This document shows, piece after piece, positions 51,201 through 64,000 of a stretch of 64,000 nucleotides of DNA; positions within the stretch are counted from its first letter, which is position 1; every line of letters starts with the position of its first letter. The notes under the pieces are model-generated. The model made no database searches, had not been told where the DNA came from, and was given only the letters and a program-made list of their open reading frames with translations. The stretch is from Ruditapes philippinarum (lineage: Eukaryota). The position numbers and the translations under genes were made by a program. The stretch is taken from contig NW_026855598.1 of the NCBI RefSeq assembly GCF_026571515.1, positions 1 to 64,000 of the forward strand. The letters run 5' to 3'.

Positions 51201-54200
51201 GTAATACAATCAATTACATGTATGTAAAACGGAAATTTAAGAGATATAAATAAATGATAAATTCATTACAAAGACATGTTAGCATTATTTTAACAATTAT
51301 CTGACAGGCTTTTCATTCAGACAGAATGCAAGTCACAGATCTAGAAAATGAAGAAAATATTAACTTACAGTTTTTACCACACATGAATTTCCAAGCTTCC
51401 ATTTCTTCAGTACAGTGAGCAAACTGACATGGCCCTCTTCCTGTAAATCCACACTTTTTCCCATCTTTCACATACTGACAAACAATAAAGTTTAATCCAG
51501 ATGGAATTTTCCTTGGCAGAGGTCGAAGCTCTTTCAGTGATGGACTGAGTAGATAGACAATATTACAGCTCCAGTTACCATGACCTTTCTGACATCTGTC
51601 CTTGCCCGCTTGCTGTTGAGTCCTTTGACCACGTTTCCAGCAGGTCTCACACACCTCTAGTACAGTTATAGGGCACAAACCATCCGGGGCTGACGGTATA
51701 CCTTGTGGCTCAGCACTCTAAAACAAAATACAGTCATAACCTTTATTGTTCCAGTTTAATTTGAAAGTACACTTACATCTAAAACAGTTTAATGACCTGT
51801 AATAATTTTACTTTGGCAAATATGTCTGCCTACCATTGCAGAGCTCAATTCACTAAATTTAATGTCATCAATATCTTTACATACTGTCAAAAATTAAGAA
51901 TTTTTCTCATTTTAGCATACCATAATAAATAGTTATATTTTAATTCAGATAATAATATTTTATGGAGTAAATAATATTGTATTTTAAAGCAGAGTAAGTG
52001 ATATTTATACCTGGACTGCAACTTGTTGTTTTGGCTCTGGTGTATAAGAAGTTGTTACAGATGGTGTCGGTGTTGTTTTGACAAATGAACTCTGACCTGA
52101 GGAATATCCAGAACTTGGAGTAGGCGGCCCTATCACAATCAGCTTAGACTGACTGGCTATTTCACTTCTCTTTATACCACAGTCTCTTTCCAACATCCAA
52201 ATATCTCGTTCGATCATACTGTGGGCAAACCTACATGTAGCATTAACTCTAGAGCGACAAAACTGTAGCCATTTACATATCTTGAAAAAGGCTGACTTAT
52301 GTAGAAACCCTCGAGGATTAATTAGAGTAAATACCCCACCAGGTCCAACATGAGCAAGAATCTTAAAATCCTTCCATGTATGACCAGGCGGATCACCATT
52401 ACATTTTGTTGGGTCAGAACTTATCAATGATATTTTAGGTGGAGTTCCATAATAACATGCTCTACAAATAAATTCAAAATAACCTCCATGTTTATTCAAA
52501 ATCTCCTCAAGACTAAATCCTTTACCAACAGAAAACTTCCTATTTTGTATCAGAAACTCAGTAATGTTAAACTTGTTATCTTTCTCAAGTGTCCAAAAAT
52601 ATCGTTCAACGTCATTATGTGCAAAACTGCAAAGTTCTTCTCCGTATTTACAAAATGAAGGATTTTTATAGCGAATGCTGTTACATAATATATAATTTCC
52701 TGGAAATTCACGATGATTCTTCCTTTCTCTCACCCTAACATAAGGTTCTCCTGGAATCTTCCTCCTTAAGGCAAGCATGGTTTCTTCACATTTGTGGGTT
52801 ATATTAATAAATTCATAAATTCCTGGATAAATTGTAGCCTTAAAGCAATGCTGACAAACCACAAATACATTATGAGTTTCAGCTAGTGGATTCTCAAGTT
52901 TAGCAACAGACTGCTGTAGTTCCATTCCTTGCTGATCCAAATCCTCTATTACAGTTGGGATCTGTAAACTCCACTGACCCCTCTGACTGGGTACAGGAGG
53001 GGGAGGCTGTGAATATTGACCTGTATAAATACAAGATTTTAATAACATAACCTTTTCTTTCAGTCAAGTTTTAAATCACAGCATAGGACCTACTATCATT
53101 CATGGAGGTGGAAGACCCCATGTTTTCCTTTCTTCGTTATTTCTGCCACAAATGACAAATTTGGCAGAATTACTGAATATCTTAAAAATAACTGCAAGCA
53201 AATAATTTATTGTCTGTATCAAACAGAACTTAAACTGTTTATGCATAGACAACAATACATGAATCTCGCTTTAAGACAGTTTCAACATTAAAGCCATCTA
53301 TAAATTTTCTGGATAACTTTATTGCAGAAACTTACCATAATTGTATCCATTAAATTGTGGTGAGTAAGGAGTATGTGGTAGACCAGTATAAGGTGACATG
53401 TGTTGACCTGGTGATGGTGGTGGATATGATACTGGTACGCCACTTGGTGGTGGATGGCTCAAAAAGTCATTCTGTGGTACTGAGAATCTGCAAGGATAGA
53501 AACTATATCTGTCTAAAAATATCAAATTTGGATCGTATCTAAATAAATATCATATATTTACAATAGTCTTTAATATGGCAAAAATTATGAATGCTTTTGG
53601 ATTAATTGGTGAAAGTAGACCTCAAGTATTATTTAACGTACTTATAATTATACAAACTTTAATATCAATGAAGTATTCCACAAGTTGCTTTTTAAATGAT
53701 GTATGTATTCATTCCAATATATATTTAGAAAACTAATATTTATACCTGTTTTGAGGTACAGACTGTGGGATATTTGGTCTAAGTAGCTGTGATGACGCAG
53801 GTTTCGCTGTAAAAGATGGCTGAGTTGGTCTGTTCAGCTTTGGGCTATCCATTATTTCCAGTGTAGGTTTCTTCTTGTTACCGCCATAGTTTAACCCTGG
53901 TATATACTGCTGCTTCAATTTCTGGGCATTCAGTGTTTCACTATCATCTAAATAAGACAATATAATAGCAGAGTTAAATGGAAATTAGCAATCATTGGTC
54001 AGTTAGAGGTTTGCTTGAATGAGGTATACACAGACAAATACTATAAAGAAAGGCCACAAAGTTGGTATCTGATAAAAAACCAACCAATAACAATCAGTGT
54101 TTTAATGCACAATGAATTATATCTAACTGTATTTTTTCTTATATATTATGTGTCACAGAGTGAAACTTAATACCATAATCAATTTCATCATTGCAGTCAT

Positions 54201-57200
54201 GGCATTAATGTACAATATTGAAATAATACTTCAATTCAATTGAATATTACGAAATAAAGAGATGTCAAATTATTATAAAAACTTAAGATAGTTTTATGAT
54301 TACTTAATTCAGCACAATATTTGTGGTTTTAAAAAAACATTTTTTTTTATTTGCTTTGCATCACAAGCCACTTCATACAAACATTTCAGCAGAGAAATAA
54401 TTTGTTTTTTCGGTACAGTGATCACATTTCTTTATCTTATAACAATGTGATTATTAGTACAATTAAAGTACTTACATATTTTGTATGTCCTACACTGCAA
54501 AATGAAATTTTCTATGGAAAAATTTCCATCTCTATCAATCGTCCACATACTAGCTTCAGCCTGATGATGAGGAAATGTACACTTATCTTCAGCAACCTTA
54601 CATGGCTTATTCTGACTAAACTGTGTACATATCTTATATATTCCGTAATGACCTTTAGTCTCGGGTCGTGGCCGAACTTTCAGCCAACTTAATCCTGGTA
54701 TGTTCTTCTTCTTTAATATTAACACATCTCGTAAACACTGATGAGCTGCATTTACATATCTGTAACCTGTAGTCATACAAATACATATATAAACAACCTG
54801 TGCTAACACAAATGTTTTATTTCAATATTTAAACTTTGTTTTCATTTTCACTTGCAAGATTCCCCTAGAAAATAATTCAGGAACAAAGACCTCTTTTAAG
54901 ACCTAAATAAAACAAATCTTCAGTCAATCAAAATTGTAATGGTTTTTTCTAAAATTCACTTACACTTTAGGATGTTTACAGACATATTTATTCTTACACA
55001 TCATAAAACATGAAAATGTAAATGCTGGTAGTTATTTAAAAATTAGAAATAACTTATACCTTTAACGCCTTCACCAATCTTTGAGAAACAGTGTCGACAA
55101 GCAACTTTAAAGTCAAACTCATCTTCTAGCGGGAAGTTAATCTGCGGCACTGTAGCTGGAGCAGGGGAAGGGGTCAAACTTTGTGTACGAGTTGGTACAG
55201 TTACGAACTTAGCGGGACTCTGTGAAGCTCTTGAACTACGACCTGACGATGTGTTACTATAGCTGAAGCTACCACCCTCAGAATCTATACCTTCTATAAT
55301 TGAGAAAATATTCTAATGCAATGTTTTAATCACTTCACAATTCTCATATGCATCTATGTCAAATAAAGCTATGTATCTATCTGCTGCAAAAATTATAGTT
55401 TGAATTTTTTAAAAGAATAAATCTAAAATGCTTGTATGAAATAAATATGGTAGTAAATTGCCTTAAAAGTAAATGGCTTGTGCACAAAATCATTCCTACA
55501 TGGATAAAACCCTACTTAAAATAGCAGAATAAAATTTCTTTTCCGGAACATTTGATTATGTTTAAGCACAATATTCATGTGTGTTAAATAACAGAAACAC
55601 TCTATGTTACAACTCTTTTAAGAATCTACAATAAGATTATGAAAGCAATATTATTTTACTGTTGATAAATTAAATGAAAATATTTCATAAGATATAGCTT
55701 TATACCCTTGAATGGACATGTCTGTCTTCCATTTTTGGAAATATCAATTATTAGTTTTATTACTTTTTGCTATATCAAACTGAATATTTATAGTTAGCAA
55801 ACCAACAGTATAGACCCTAATCAGACTGCCTGGGTGTGCAAATGCTTATCACTTTGAGTTCTAAAAGTTAATAGTATAAATGGAAGACAGTCACATTGGT
55901 TGCATTACTTTAATTGATTTATTTCTGATCAAAGTTTTGTTAAGATAATGTAACATACCTGGTGTAGAAAAGTTGTCCAGTCCCATAGCAGCCTGTAAAC
56001 AACACAATCAGCACTTTATATCATGCCTAATAACCATGTTTTTATTATACATCAATGGAAAACAAAACAACAAAAAACCTAACTTTAAATGTATAAAAAA
56101 TATGTTTTCGATTATTATATGATAAAAAAGGTAAAAAGGCTCCATTGCCACTTGTTTCTTCCATTGACGTTGTCAAATACAAAAAATAATTTTATTTTTT
56201 AAAAATTTAATAAAATATTCCCCATTAACAGTGAAGTTTGTACTCTTAACAAATTATTTTCTTCATTATACACATCATATACCTGTTACCTCAGTATTAA
56301 TGTAACTCTATCAACATATAACATACCTGTTTATCATATATGTCAGTCTTAATTTGATCTTCCTCTAAATCATGTGGAAATGATGACCATGGTGTCTCGT
56401 CCTCTTCAGTGGGCGGGGCAATTATATCCAACCCACCTGATATACCACGCCCATTTATTGTTCCCACCCTACCTGTAGCACTATTCTGTTGTACATCTGA
56501 ATCATAAAACAATCCAAATATTTCATGTTTTGCCATCTGGTTTAAAAAATATGTAACTACTTTTTATAACTTTCTAACTTTCTCTGCGAGTTTGGAGCTG
56601 GTATCTATGTAATGTAGTTCAGCTAAACCTACAGTTATATGTGTAATTATTCTAATGACACTATAAAACAACATACAACCATGTTACTCAAGTTAAATGG
56701 ATTAAACATTATCTCAAGAAACATAAGCATATTTTTAGAAGTATTAAAGTCTTACAAAGAAAATTAAGATTAAAATGATAAAAAAGCAACAATTTCTTGT
56801 TTATACTTCAGTTTCAAAATCAATGAATGATATGGAAAGTGATGAAAATGTAACACCTTAATGATAAAATTAGTATCTTAAGTGTAAACATGTATTATCC
56901 ATAATTTTTCATAAAATGTTCATTTGAATGTCAACATTTCCTTGATATCAAAACATAAATAAATTCAATATATAACATATCAGCAAAGCCAAGGTGGGGA
57001 TTAAATACTCCAAAAGGCAAATTCTGCTAAATTAACCAGAATAATACTTTTACTGAATAAGTTATTCTCTCCAATATACAACAGTACACTATGGTGGTCT
57101 GAGATACTGTCTTACCTCTGAGCATATTAGCAAACTCAGTATCATCTTCATACTCAGCTGGACTTGGATCATCACTATCAGACTCGGGTTCAATACTTGA

Positions 57201-60200
57201 TACAACAACACTCTTAGATCCACCCTTGCTCTTCTTTTTAGCTGTATAACAAAATTTCCCTTTACTATAGCTTGTCATACAAAGATATAAATAGAGAGGT
57301 CAACATCATTGACCATGTTAAACATAGTGTTAACTACACATCATTACACAAATGTCTGACAGAAATGGTCGCAATGCCGGATTAGAGATGTGGTCGGTAT
57401 ACTGATCATTTTTCTCCATGAATAAAGAAGGCAACTTTTTTTTTACTTTTAAAAAGTGCCCTCTATAGTGGCATAGTCCATTTGTGGTGTGGTTGTTAGG
57501 TGGTATTTTATTGTATCTGATTTCACAGTCATTACAACACAAGCCCAACAAAAAAAGTTTTAATAAATTAAACATTAGTAATGAATATCAAGTAATAAGA
57601 AATGGAAGCAATGAGATAAAATACTAACTTTTCTTTGTCATCTTTGATCTTGTTTCAAGTTGCTGAAATGAACAATATCATAATAAGACATATAGGAAAT
57701 CAATAATTTCAATGTGTAACTCAATTATTGATTAATGATTATATACAAGACTATCATTGTCATAAACTAGATAACAAAAGTCTTCAACAGATTCTTTTGA
57801 TGTCTCCAACAATAGCTTCCAACATTAAGTGGAAAATTCTGAAAATTGATAATGATTGTTAATAAATAAATCTTATTTAAGAGTAAAATTTACCCATGTA
57901 GAATTTGGTGTGTTATTAAAAGAAATGATTCTTTGAACATTACATCAATACATGTACTTAAAGAGATATTATGCTTATTATTTCATAAAAAAAATATAAA
58001 TTGTCTAAAATATAAAAAGACTGCTCCACTCATTTATAAATTGAAAGTTACAGACAAAGTTCTATGGATATTTAAACTAATTTCATTGAGCCACTGAACT
58101 TAAAGCAAAATGTAAACTCAATTTGACTTTAACCTGTTCACACTTTATACTCCCTTGGATGGGCATAATGTCACTTTAAATCAAACAACAGAATATCTAA
58201 ATAACCAGGTACACTAGTACAGGACAGATTAATTAAAATACCTTTTGTGTGACAGCAATATTAGTTCCAGTCAGCCATTCATTATCAGGACCTGAATTAT
58301 TATCACCTGAACTCAACACCTGGCCTGACTTTGCTGATACCTCTGCTGTTTGTCTCCCTTGTTGCTCCCCGGATCTTGAACCTACTGTGATCTTAGGCTC
58401 TAGTTCATCTATTAATTCCTTTAATGCCTCCTTAAACATATCAAAATTTTATCATACTTCTGTTTCAATACTGACATATCATTAACAACAGTTATAACAT
58501 TTTCCAAAAAAAAAAAAAATAAATAAATATTACCCCACCCCATTCTATATCTATAAATCATTAGTCTATATCATTATAAAGAAAAGATATACTTATTCTT
58601 CAATCTCTTCTTGTTTGGCAGCTATAGTAACACTTACTTCGATATTTATAAATACTGATTTTCTAAAAAAAATGTTTATCTCATTTTTGTGTGTATTCAC
58701 TTATCAGTTTAATATTGCACTTCCTGTTACATTAACACAATGTACCTAAAAAAAATGCACACCTTAGAAATTTGGAATAAACTTGCTGCATTATATAATA
58801 TTTAAAGACTTTAAAGTTGTTGTTTTTTTTGTAAATAAACTTAAAGATATGTAATATCTATATTATCTACATAATAAGAAAATTCTATTTTAAGATCCTA
58901 TATGTTGTGAAACAGGGAATTTTTGTAATTGTACTTTCATTTTCCTTATCTTCATAGTGTGCTTTAATGACAAGGACAAAAAATAACACACAAATATAGA
59001 ATAAAATGTTGATAATACTTTAATAGTTTTTGGTCTATTTTACTTTGCTGCATCAATGGAAATGTAAAAGAAAACTGGAAAAACCAGCATGTTACTATAA
59101 ATAGCCCAATGACTTGTTCTACTTACAAGGCAACAATGAGATATGACCTTTTATCTACATTTCATGCTAATCTTTACTTTTTTTATTTTATTTTTTTTTA
59201 TAGAAAAAAAATTGCATAATAAATTACATAAATACTGACAAAACGAATGTTTTCTATAAGTTGATTTCTTTATTTATTTATTAAAAAAACAACACTTAAT
59301 TGATTGCATGTATAAATATCACATAATTTTATATTTAAACTTAAGACTTACAGAGCTAGGCTGCATTTCTTGTCCTTTACAAGCAGATCTGTAGGCTTCA
59401 GAAAATTTCTTCATGTTTTTATATGCTTGAGCTTGTCGATAATATGCTTTTATATTCTTAGGAAATACACCAATAGCTAAAATAAAACAAAGATGATCAA
59501 AATAAATATAGCCTCTATGTTATTTTGTTGTTTTTCATCAGAAAAAAATACAGTTTCTAACTAATGTCGTAGTTAACCTTTAACCTGATGATTTTGTGAG
59601 AAGGTTTTGTCCGGCTTTGACTTTGGAATAGTCCAACTTAGTTTAAGAGTTAGACTGCCCCTGGCTCTATATACATGTAGGTGGCAAAGGCTTATCATTC
59701 AGTTCCAGCAGAATATGGCTTCAATTATAATTCTGATTACAGAAAATTGTATATGTTTTAAATATTATTCATTATTTCTATAAAAAGTAACAGAAACATT
59801 TAAGATATAATATTGTATAAGCTTTTAAAGTAATTCTATATAGTGCACCAAGACAATTATATACATACCTGATTCACAGTCTTGGACAGCCTCTTTGAAC
59901 ATACTCTGTAAACAACATTTTAAAATAGCATTAACTCAACATTATGCATTTACCCCGTTCTATAGGAATATATCTGTGAATCTTGAATTAATGAAACATA
60001 TCAAAATAGCATTAAATCAACATGATTTATTTCAACTTGACAATACCCATTTACATTCTTAAAATATATTTCATAAACACTGTTAGACTGAATTTCGACA
60101 CTGCCAGTCTAACCAAGATTCAAGGGTTTATTTCAAAAGGCATTTTACAATGTCCGTCGCCATAAACAGAATGACGGTTACAAATAGTATATGAGAAAAA

Positions 60201-63200
60201 GTATGTTTTAACCATTTTTAATCTAACACAGTCAATGCCCTCCCACTTCATAACAGAATATGTATTAAGGAGCCTGTCTTAAAGAATATATTCACACCTT
60301 CCACTATTAAATCTGAATCAAAGTAAGGCAAGATTTCTTTTTATTTGTAATTTTAAATTTATGTATTTCATAGACATTTATTTAACATAACCCAGACAAT
60401 CATAAAGGAAACCTAACACCTCCATTCTAAAATTTTCTAACAAAACAAATTAAAGTTTATTTGTAAGATTAATGTAACAGCATACCTTTTTTAAACAACA
60501 AAATGCTCTATTTGAGAATAGAGAAGATGTAAACTCATTCTCAACTGTGTGAAAAAATCGATTTTCTAATATTCTAACAACAAATATTGCATTTCTGTAG
60601 TGCATCCATGCTATATCATAGTGACTATCTTTAAACAAGGCATTTCCTTCTTCCTTCAGGTCCTGCATTAAACGCAGTAGTGACTCCTATAAATAGAAAC
60701 AGTAAAGGGTAGTAAAAACAGTTTAAATATAATATCTGTAATAATTATAGTCTATTATTAAAGATATACTATGCTCAAATTTAATATCAGGAATTATTGG
60801 TAATTGCTACACAGTCTCTTTGTAAATATAAAATAAATATGTTTTGACTTCACACAAAGTAGATATTTCATGTTTAAAAATGTTCACACTATAGGTGGTC
60901 ACAATATGAATATATAATGTCGTTAAAAAAACTGGCAGTTTTTTTTTAAGAAAAGACCAACTTAACTTGTCTTGTAAAAGGGAACGCGACTTCCAATATA
61001 TAGTTAATTCATTTTTAATTCAAATAAGATATATTCAGTAAGGATTTCATGGGTTTTAACAAATTTCTTTGATTAAAATATTTTACTCAAAGATGAGCAT
61101 AGTGTATATAACAAGCATTCAGTTTAAATGGTCAATAAATTTAAAGCAGTCCCCAGTCAGTTAAACTATACCATAAAATAAACAGAATGTTCATTTACAT
61201 CTACAATTTCAATTCCAATACTTAAGACTTTCCTGAGAACTTATAAAAATACAGACAAAAACTTACCTTATTAACTTTTGGTTCTTTATCATTTCTGTAA
61301 AAGAATTTAAATTAAATTTCTTTATTAAGGTAGAGAATATAACTTAATTACAATCAAAGATAGAACAAAGGAATATCAAGCATTCAAGGTATTATGGTTT
61401 CTGACAAGAAGATATTGAGATTTTAACTGGTCATATTCATCTATCCTAAAACTCACAGTAGAGCACTGAAATGAGCTAAAAGTCAATATTCAATTAAAGT
61501 TTCCTTAATAACATACTCTTGCTTGGTTAAATATCTTGTATGCAATGCATATAATTACTCTTCTTTTATATCAGAACTCAAAACGGTTTGAATTAATAAA
61601 TTTAGTACTCTGCAAAAAGCAACAATAACAAGCAATTATCATAGTATTGCAAGCAATCCATAAGTCCCCTACCGGTTAGAACCCCAGCAACATTCTGATG
61701 GGCCATTGGCAATTCAATTTTACCAGTGAATAAATGACATGAATGAACTTAAATCTTTTGAGTTCTAAGTTTGTCTATATCACAGTAATGTGTTAAGTTC
61801 CCCTGCCTAGTAAGGAAATTATGTTTATACAACCTTGTCATATTATTACGATGTGGGATTTTAAAGTAAATCATAGGAATGAAGAAGTTGGAGTGAAATA
61901 CCAATTTCTCTAAAAAAATCTAAGTTCAAGGGGGACATAATTCTGGAAATAGTCTTGCTAGAGTATTTAACCTTCTCAAAAATGTTGAGTGATAATAAGA
62001 AACATATATATGAAGTTTGAAGTAGATACATTAGGAAATAAAGAAGTTATTTAAAAAAGACAACATTTTTTTTCATAAAAATTCTAGTTCAAGGGAGGTA
62101 ATACTGATAATTTTTGTGCTAGAGTTGTAAACCTTGTCACTTATGATGTGGTTAATGACCAGAAACTTACATTTAAATATTGATGTAAACACCTTAAGAA
62201 ATAAAGAACTTATAGTGAAAAAGCTGAAAAAATTAAATCAGAAATCTTGAAATTCAGGCTATTTGTTGCCATAGCAACCAGAATTTTCAACATAGGAAGA
62301 AAAGAAAAAGATGTGCATAATCTCCAGACTGCCATCTACCCATATTTCAAGTTTCATAAAAATATTTTCAGTACTTTTTGAGTTATCACTGGATCCAGTT
62401 TATGTGTTAAATTTTTCATATTTTCAGACTATTTGTTGCCATAGCAACCAGAATGTTCAACATAGGAAGAAAACAAAAAGATGTGCATAATCTCCATACT
62501 GCCATCTATCCATATATCAAGTTTCATAAAAATATTTTCAGTACTTTTTGAGTTATCGCGGGATCCAGTTTTGTGGACAGACGGACTGACAGACGTTCTA
62601 ACAGGAGAGTAATTATGTGGCTACTCTATTGTTCTCTCGATTGTTCTTTTTAGCCACACAAAAGAAAATAGCCACATAAAAGCATTACGGAATGAATGAC
62701 ATCAAAGAGAAAGAACAGTTACCTATTGTCCCTCTAGCCACATAATTACTCTCCTGTGAGTACGGACTGACAGACAGACGGACAGACAGACGGTAAACCT
62801 AAAGTCCCCTCCGGTTAAACCGGTAGGGGACTAACAAAATGAATTACTATAGCGTATGAAAGTCCAGAAAACATTTATTTTGATTGAAAATCAAGCAACA
62901 CTACGAAAATACAAATCTTCGAATAGCAATGATATCGAAACAAGACTCTAGAGGTGCATGAATACCAAATCTAAACCAATGACAAGTTGTTATGTTGATG
63001 TTAAGAAACAGTTATTAAAATACATGTGGATACCAACAGATAAACAAACCAATGAAGCGTAATTAATAATGTTAATGTTTAAAATAATTCAATAAAGATC
63101 ATACATTACAAAAATCATTTGAAAAATTCAGGATATAATATATTGAAATCATCAATGGTGACTGTGATATGAATATGTAACAAATGTCACCACCATCATT

Positions 63201-63380
63201 AACAGATGTCAAACATACACAATGTTACCTACACATGTATCACTATTGCTATTTTTTATGTAATACATACACTAATAAATCCCAGAATGGTTTTATTCTT
63301 TCCTTTCGGTCCTCCCTTTTCCTCATTTCATCAAAATCTGCAGGAACATCTCGGGCATATACTTCCCAAGGGGGTTCCAT
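27295..63380 (-). CDS. Giant ZC3H7-like TPR/CCCH zinc-finger + HELZ2-like helicase/RNB/helicase protein (~3,860 aa)
   Basis: Phase-consistent GT-AG exons in transcription order: 63271-63380, 61267-61294, 60486-60686, 59869-59905, 59352-59476, 58242-58430, 57629-57662, 57116-57241, (56579-56604 tentative), 56327-56536, 55959-55992, 55060-55293, 54476-54766, 53746-53947, 53336-53487, 52011-53020, 51369-51717, 48983-49304, 48208-48418, 47682-47789, 46509-47017 (two in-frame stops in a garbled patch), 43249-43713, 42714-42905, 42280-42516, 41056-41617, 38439-38520, 33225-37173, 32822-32907, 32283-32540, 31584-31795, 30317-30493, 29867-30079, 29195-29413, 28563-28716, 27957-28124, 27295-27407. Motifs: TPR (LKEEGNALFK, SNRAFC, KAYYRQAQA), several CCCH fingers, C2H2 CHYCGVSCNSQKQWDEHCASEKH, helicase 1 (GPFGTGKT, IFIDEAAQ, AGDHRQ, NTALTRA), RNB-like region, helicase 2 (GCVGSGKS, IIDDA, GDVNQ, QGKEFD, TALTRAK). 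Confidence 0.85.
30454..30697. repeat. 88-bp tandem duplication (with nested 25-bp duplication) spanning an exon/intron boundary
   Basis: ATATATCATCCGGAT at 30454, 30542 and 30630; five copies of TTTCATACTCCTGTAATATAAAT. Confidence 0.92.
30874..31157 (-). mobile_element. tRNA-derived SINE, full length
   Basis: Minus strand: tRNA-Ser-like head with A box TGGCCGAGTGG and B box GTTCGAATC, body, poly(A) tail. ~13-bp TSD AAATTCCC(C/T)TCAC at 30861-30873 and 31159-31171. Confidence 0.9.
31382..31566. mobile_element. Palindromic (foldback) MITE
   Basis: 68-bp arms 31382-31449 and 31499-31566 are near-perfect reverse complements. Confidence 0.85.
33225..37173 (-). CDS. 3,949-bp single exon of the HELZ2-like gene (end of helicase 1, degenerate RNB domain, linker)
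   Basis: Matches the 1311-aa ORF, bounded by an AG acceptor (37174-37175) and a GT donor (33223-33224). RNB-like segments VGVHFSDVAAFV, HMLPSRLSTDLCNL, LVEEMIVM. Confidence 0.9.
37612..38202 (-). mobile_element. Helentron/DINE-like element with ~164-bp tandem units
   Basis: Hairpin GCTGTC..GACAGC, subTIRs CTCGACTATTC / GAATAGTCGAG, GATACAGTTACCTCC at 37679, 37844 and 38008, (GCCGAC)n. Confidence 0.85.
38879..39085 (-). mobile_element. Duplicate 3'-terminal fragment of the Helentron/DINE-like element at 39494
   Basis: AACAAGAGGGCCATGATGGCCCTGAGGTCGCT..CCTG plus one repeat unit, cut at TA by a different sequence. Confidence 0.8.
39086..39490. mobile_element. Truncated Tc1/mariner-like MITE
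   Basis: Begins TA|CAGTTGACTCTC with repeated AGTCGAA motifs; no matching right terminus. Confidence 0.5.
39494..40992 (-). mobile_element. Helentron/DINE-like element with a ~167-bp satellite array
   Basis: AATGACCCC recurs at 40051, 40218, 40385, 40551; (GGAC)n microsatellite; AGCTCACC..GGTGAGCT inverted repeat at the 5' end; GGGCCATGATGGCCC hairpin at the 3' end. Confidence 0.9.
44088..46428 (-). mobile_element. Helentron/DINE-like element with about 15 copies of a 145-bp unit
   Basis: CAATAGGGGTC at 45541, 45686, 45831, 45976; subTIRs TATGCCCCC / GGGGGCATA; (GGAC/CGAC)n. Confidence 0.9.
49442..51178 (-). mobile_element. Helentron/DINE-like element with a ~167-bp array (same family as 39494-40992)
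   Basis: Near-identical termini and repeat units to the 39494 element. Confidence 0.9.
61627..62834 (-). mobile_element. Helentron/DINE-like element with ~170-bp units and a nested MITE
   Basis: subTIRs AGTCCCCTACCGG / CCGGTAGGGGACT, (GACA/GACG)n microsatellite, ATTTGTTGCCATAGCAACCAG at 62261 and 62431. Confidence 0.8.
62596..62762. mobile_element. MITE with perfect 23-bp TIR core inserted in a microsatellite
   Basis: ACAGGAGAGTAATTATGTGGCTA / TAGCCACATAATTACTCTCCTGT; apparent 2-bp CG duplication. Confidence 0.75.
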
Positions 63381-64000
63381 ATTCACCTTCTGTTCTGTTA
63401 CTCCTTATTAATAAGAAAAACAGAATTTAAAAAAAAAACACTTGACATGCAGGAGAACAAAAATATCCAATTGTTTTATGATGAATTTCAGGCACCTATG
63501 ATATATTGAAACATTTGAAACTTTAAACCTAATGTGTTATTTTTTTACAAATACAATTGAAATACATCCTGCTTTCTTGTATTATCATGGGACTAAGATG
63601 GCCTAAACTGGCATAGATGAACTTTACAAAAATTGTTCTAGATGAATACATCAATATTATCTTCATTAACATTTGCGGCAAAGTACTTTGTAAAAATAGA
63701 TGCTGCACCACAAACTTCTAATCTAATTTGCTGCAATAACGATAATTGCCACATGGTAATAATAACTTGTCTGGTTTCCATAACTTTAAATGTCGCTTTT
63801 ATTCCCACGTTGTGCAAACCTGTTCGCTGAAGCCTCTTTAGCTATGTTTGTTCTACCAATTTTAAAGGTCGTGTTTAATCTGCTAACAACCATTTCAAAA
63901 ATTTGGACTTATTTGTGTGTGTGTAAAGAATACCTACAGAGCAATATTCCAACTAATTACTACGCAACGAGATATTGTGCTATCTTTATGTCTGGGCAAT

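Noticed and set aside
58590-58622. Purine-rich candidate microexon on the minus strand
   Set aside because: Flanking exons already join in phase 0 and inclusion would shift the frame.

Overview
AT-rich, intron-rich animal genomic DNA. The repeat families look like those of bivalve molluscs (inference). Two convergent spliced genes: (1) SUZ12, a PRC2 subunit, on the + strand, with 13 coding exons at 360-11131 and its 5' exons upstream of the window; (2) a very large gene on the - strand (about 36 exons, 63380->27295, about 3,860 aa by my manual exon sum). Gene 2 joins a complete ZC3H7/RoXaN-like N-terminal half (TPR + repeated CCCH modules + C2H2) to a HELZ2-like C-terminal half (UPF1-like helicase, RNB domain, second helicase), and its RNB catalytic motif is destroyed. 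Between the genes lies a structurally complete DIRS1-type tyrosine-recombinase retrotransposon (18124-22751: ITRs, ICR, gag, RT/RNase H/methyltransferase, YR), inserted into a satellite-bearing non-autonomous Helentron/DINE-like element. It has a canonical -1 frameshift signal at the gag/pol overlap and a possible in-frame gag-to-YR splice. Introns and intergenic DNA hold many Helentron/DINE-like elements with 145-bp or ~165-bp tandem arrays, MITEs, a tRNA-derived SINE and minisatellites. All family assignments come from motif recognition by eye; no searches were run.
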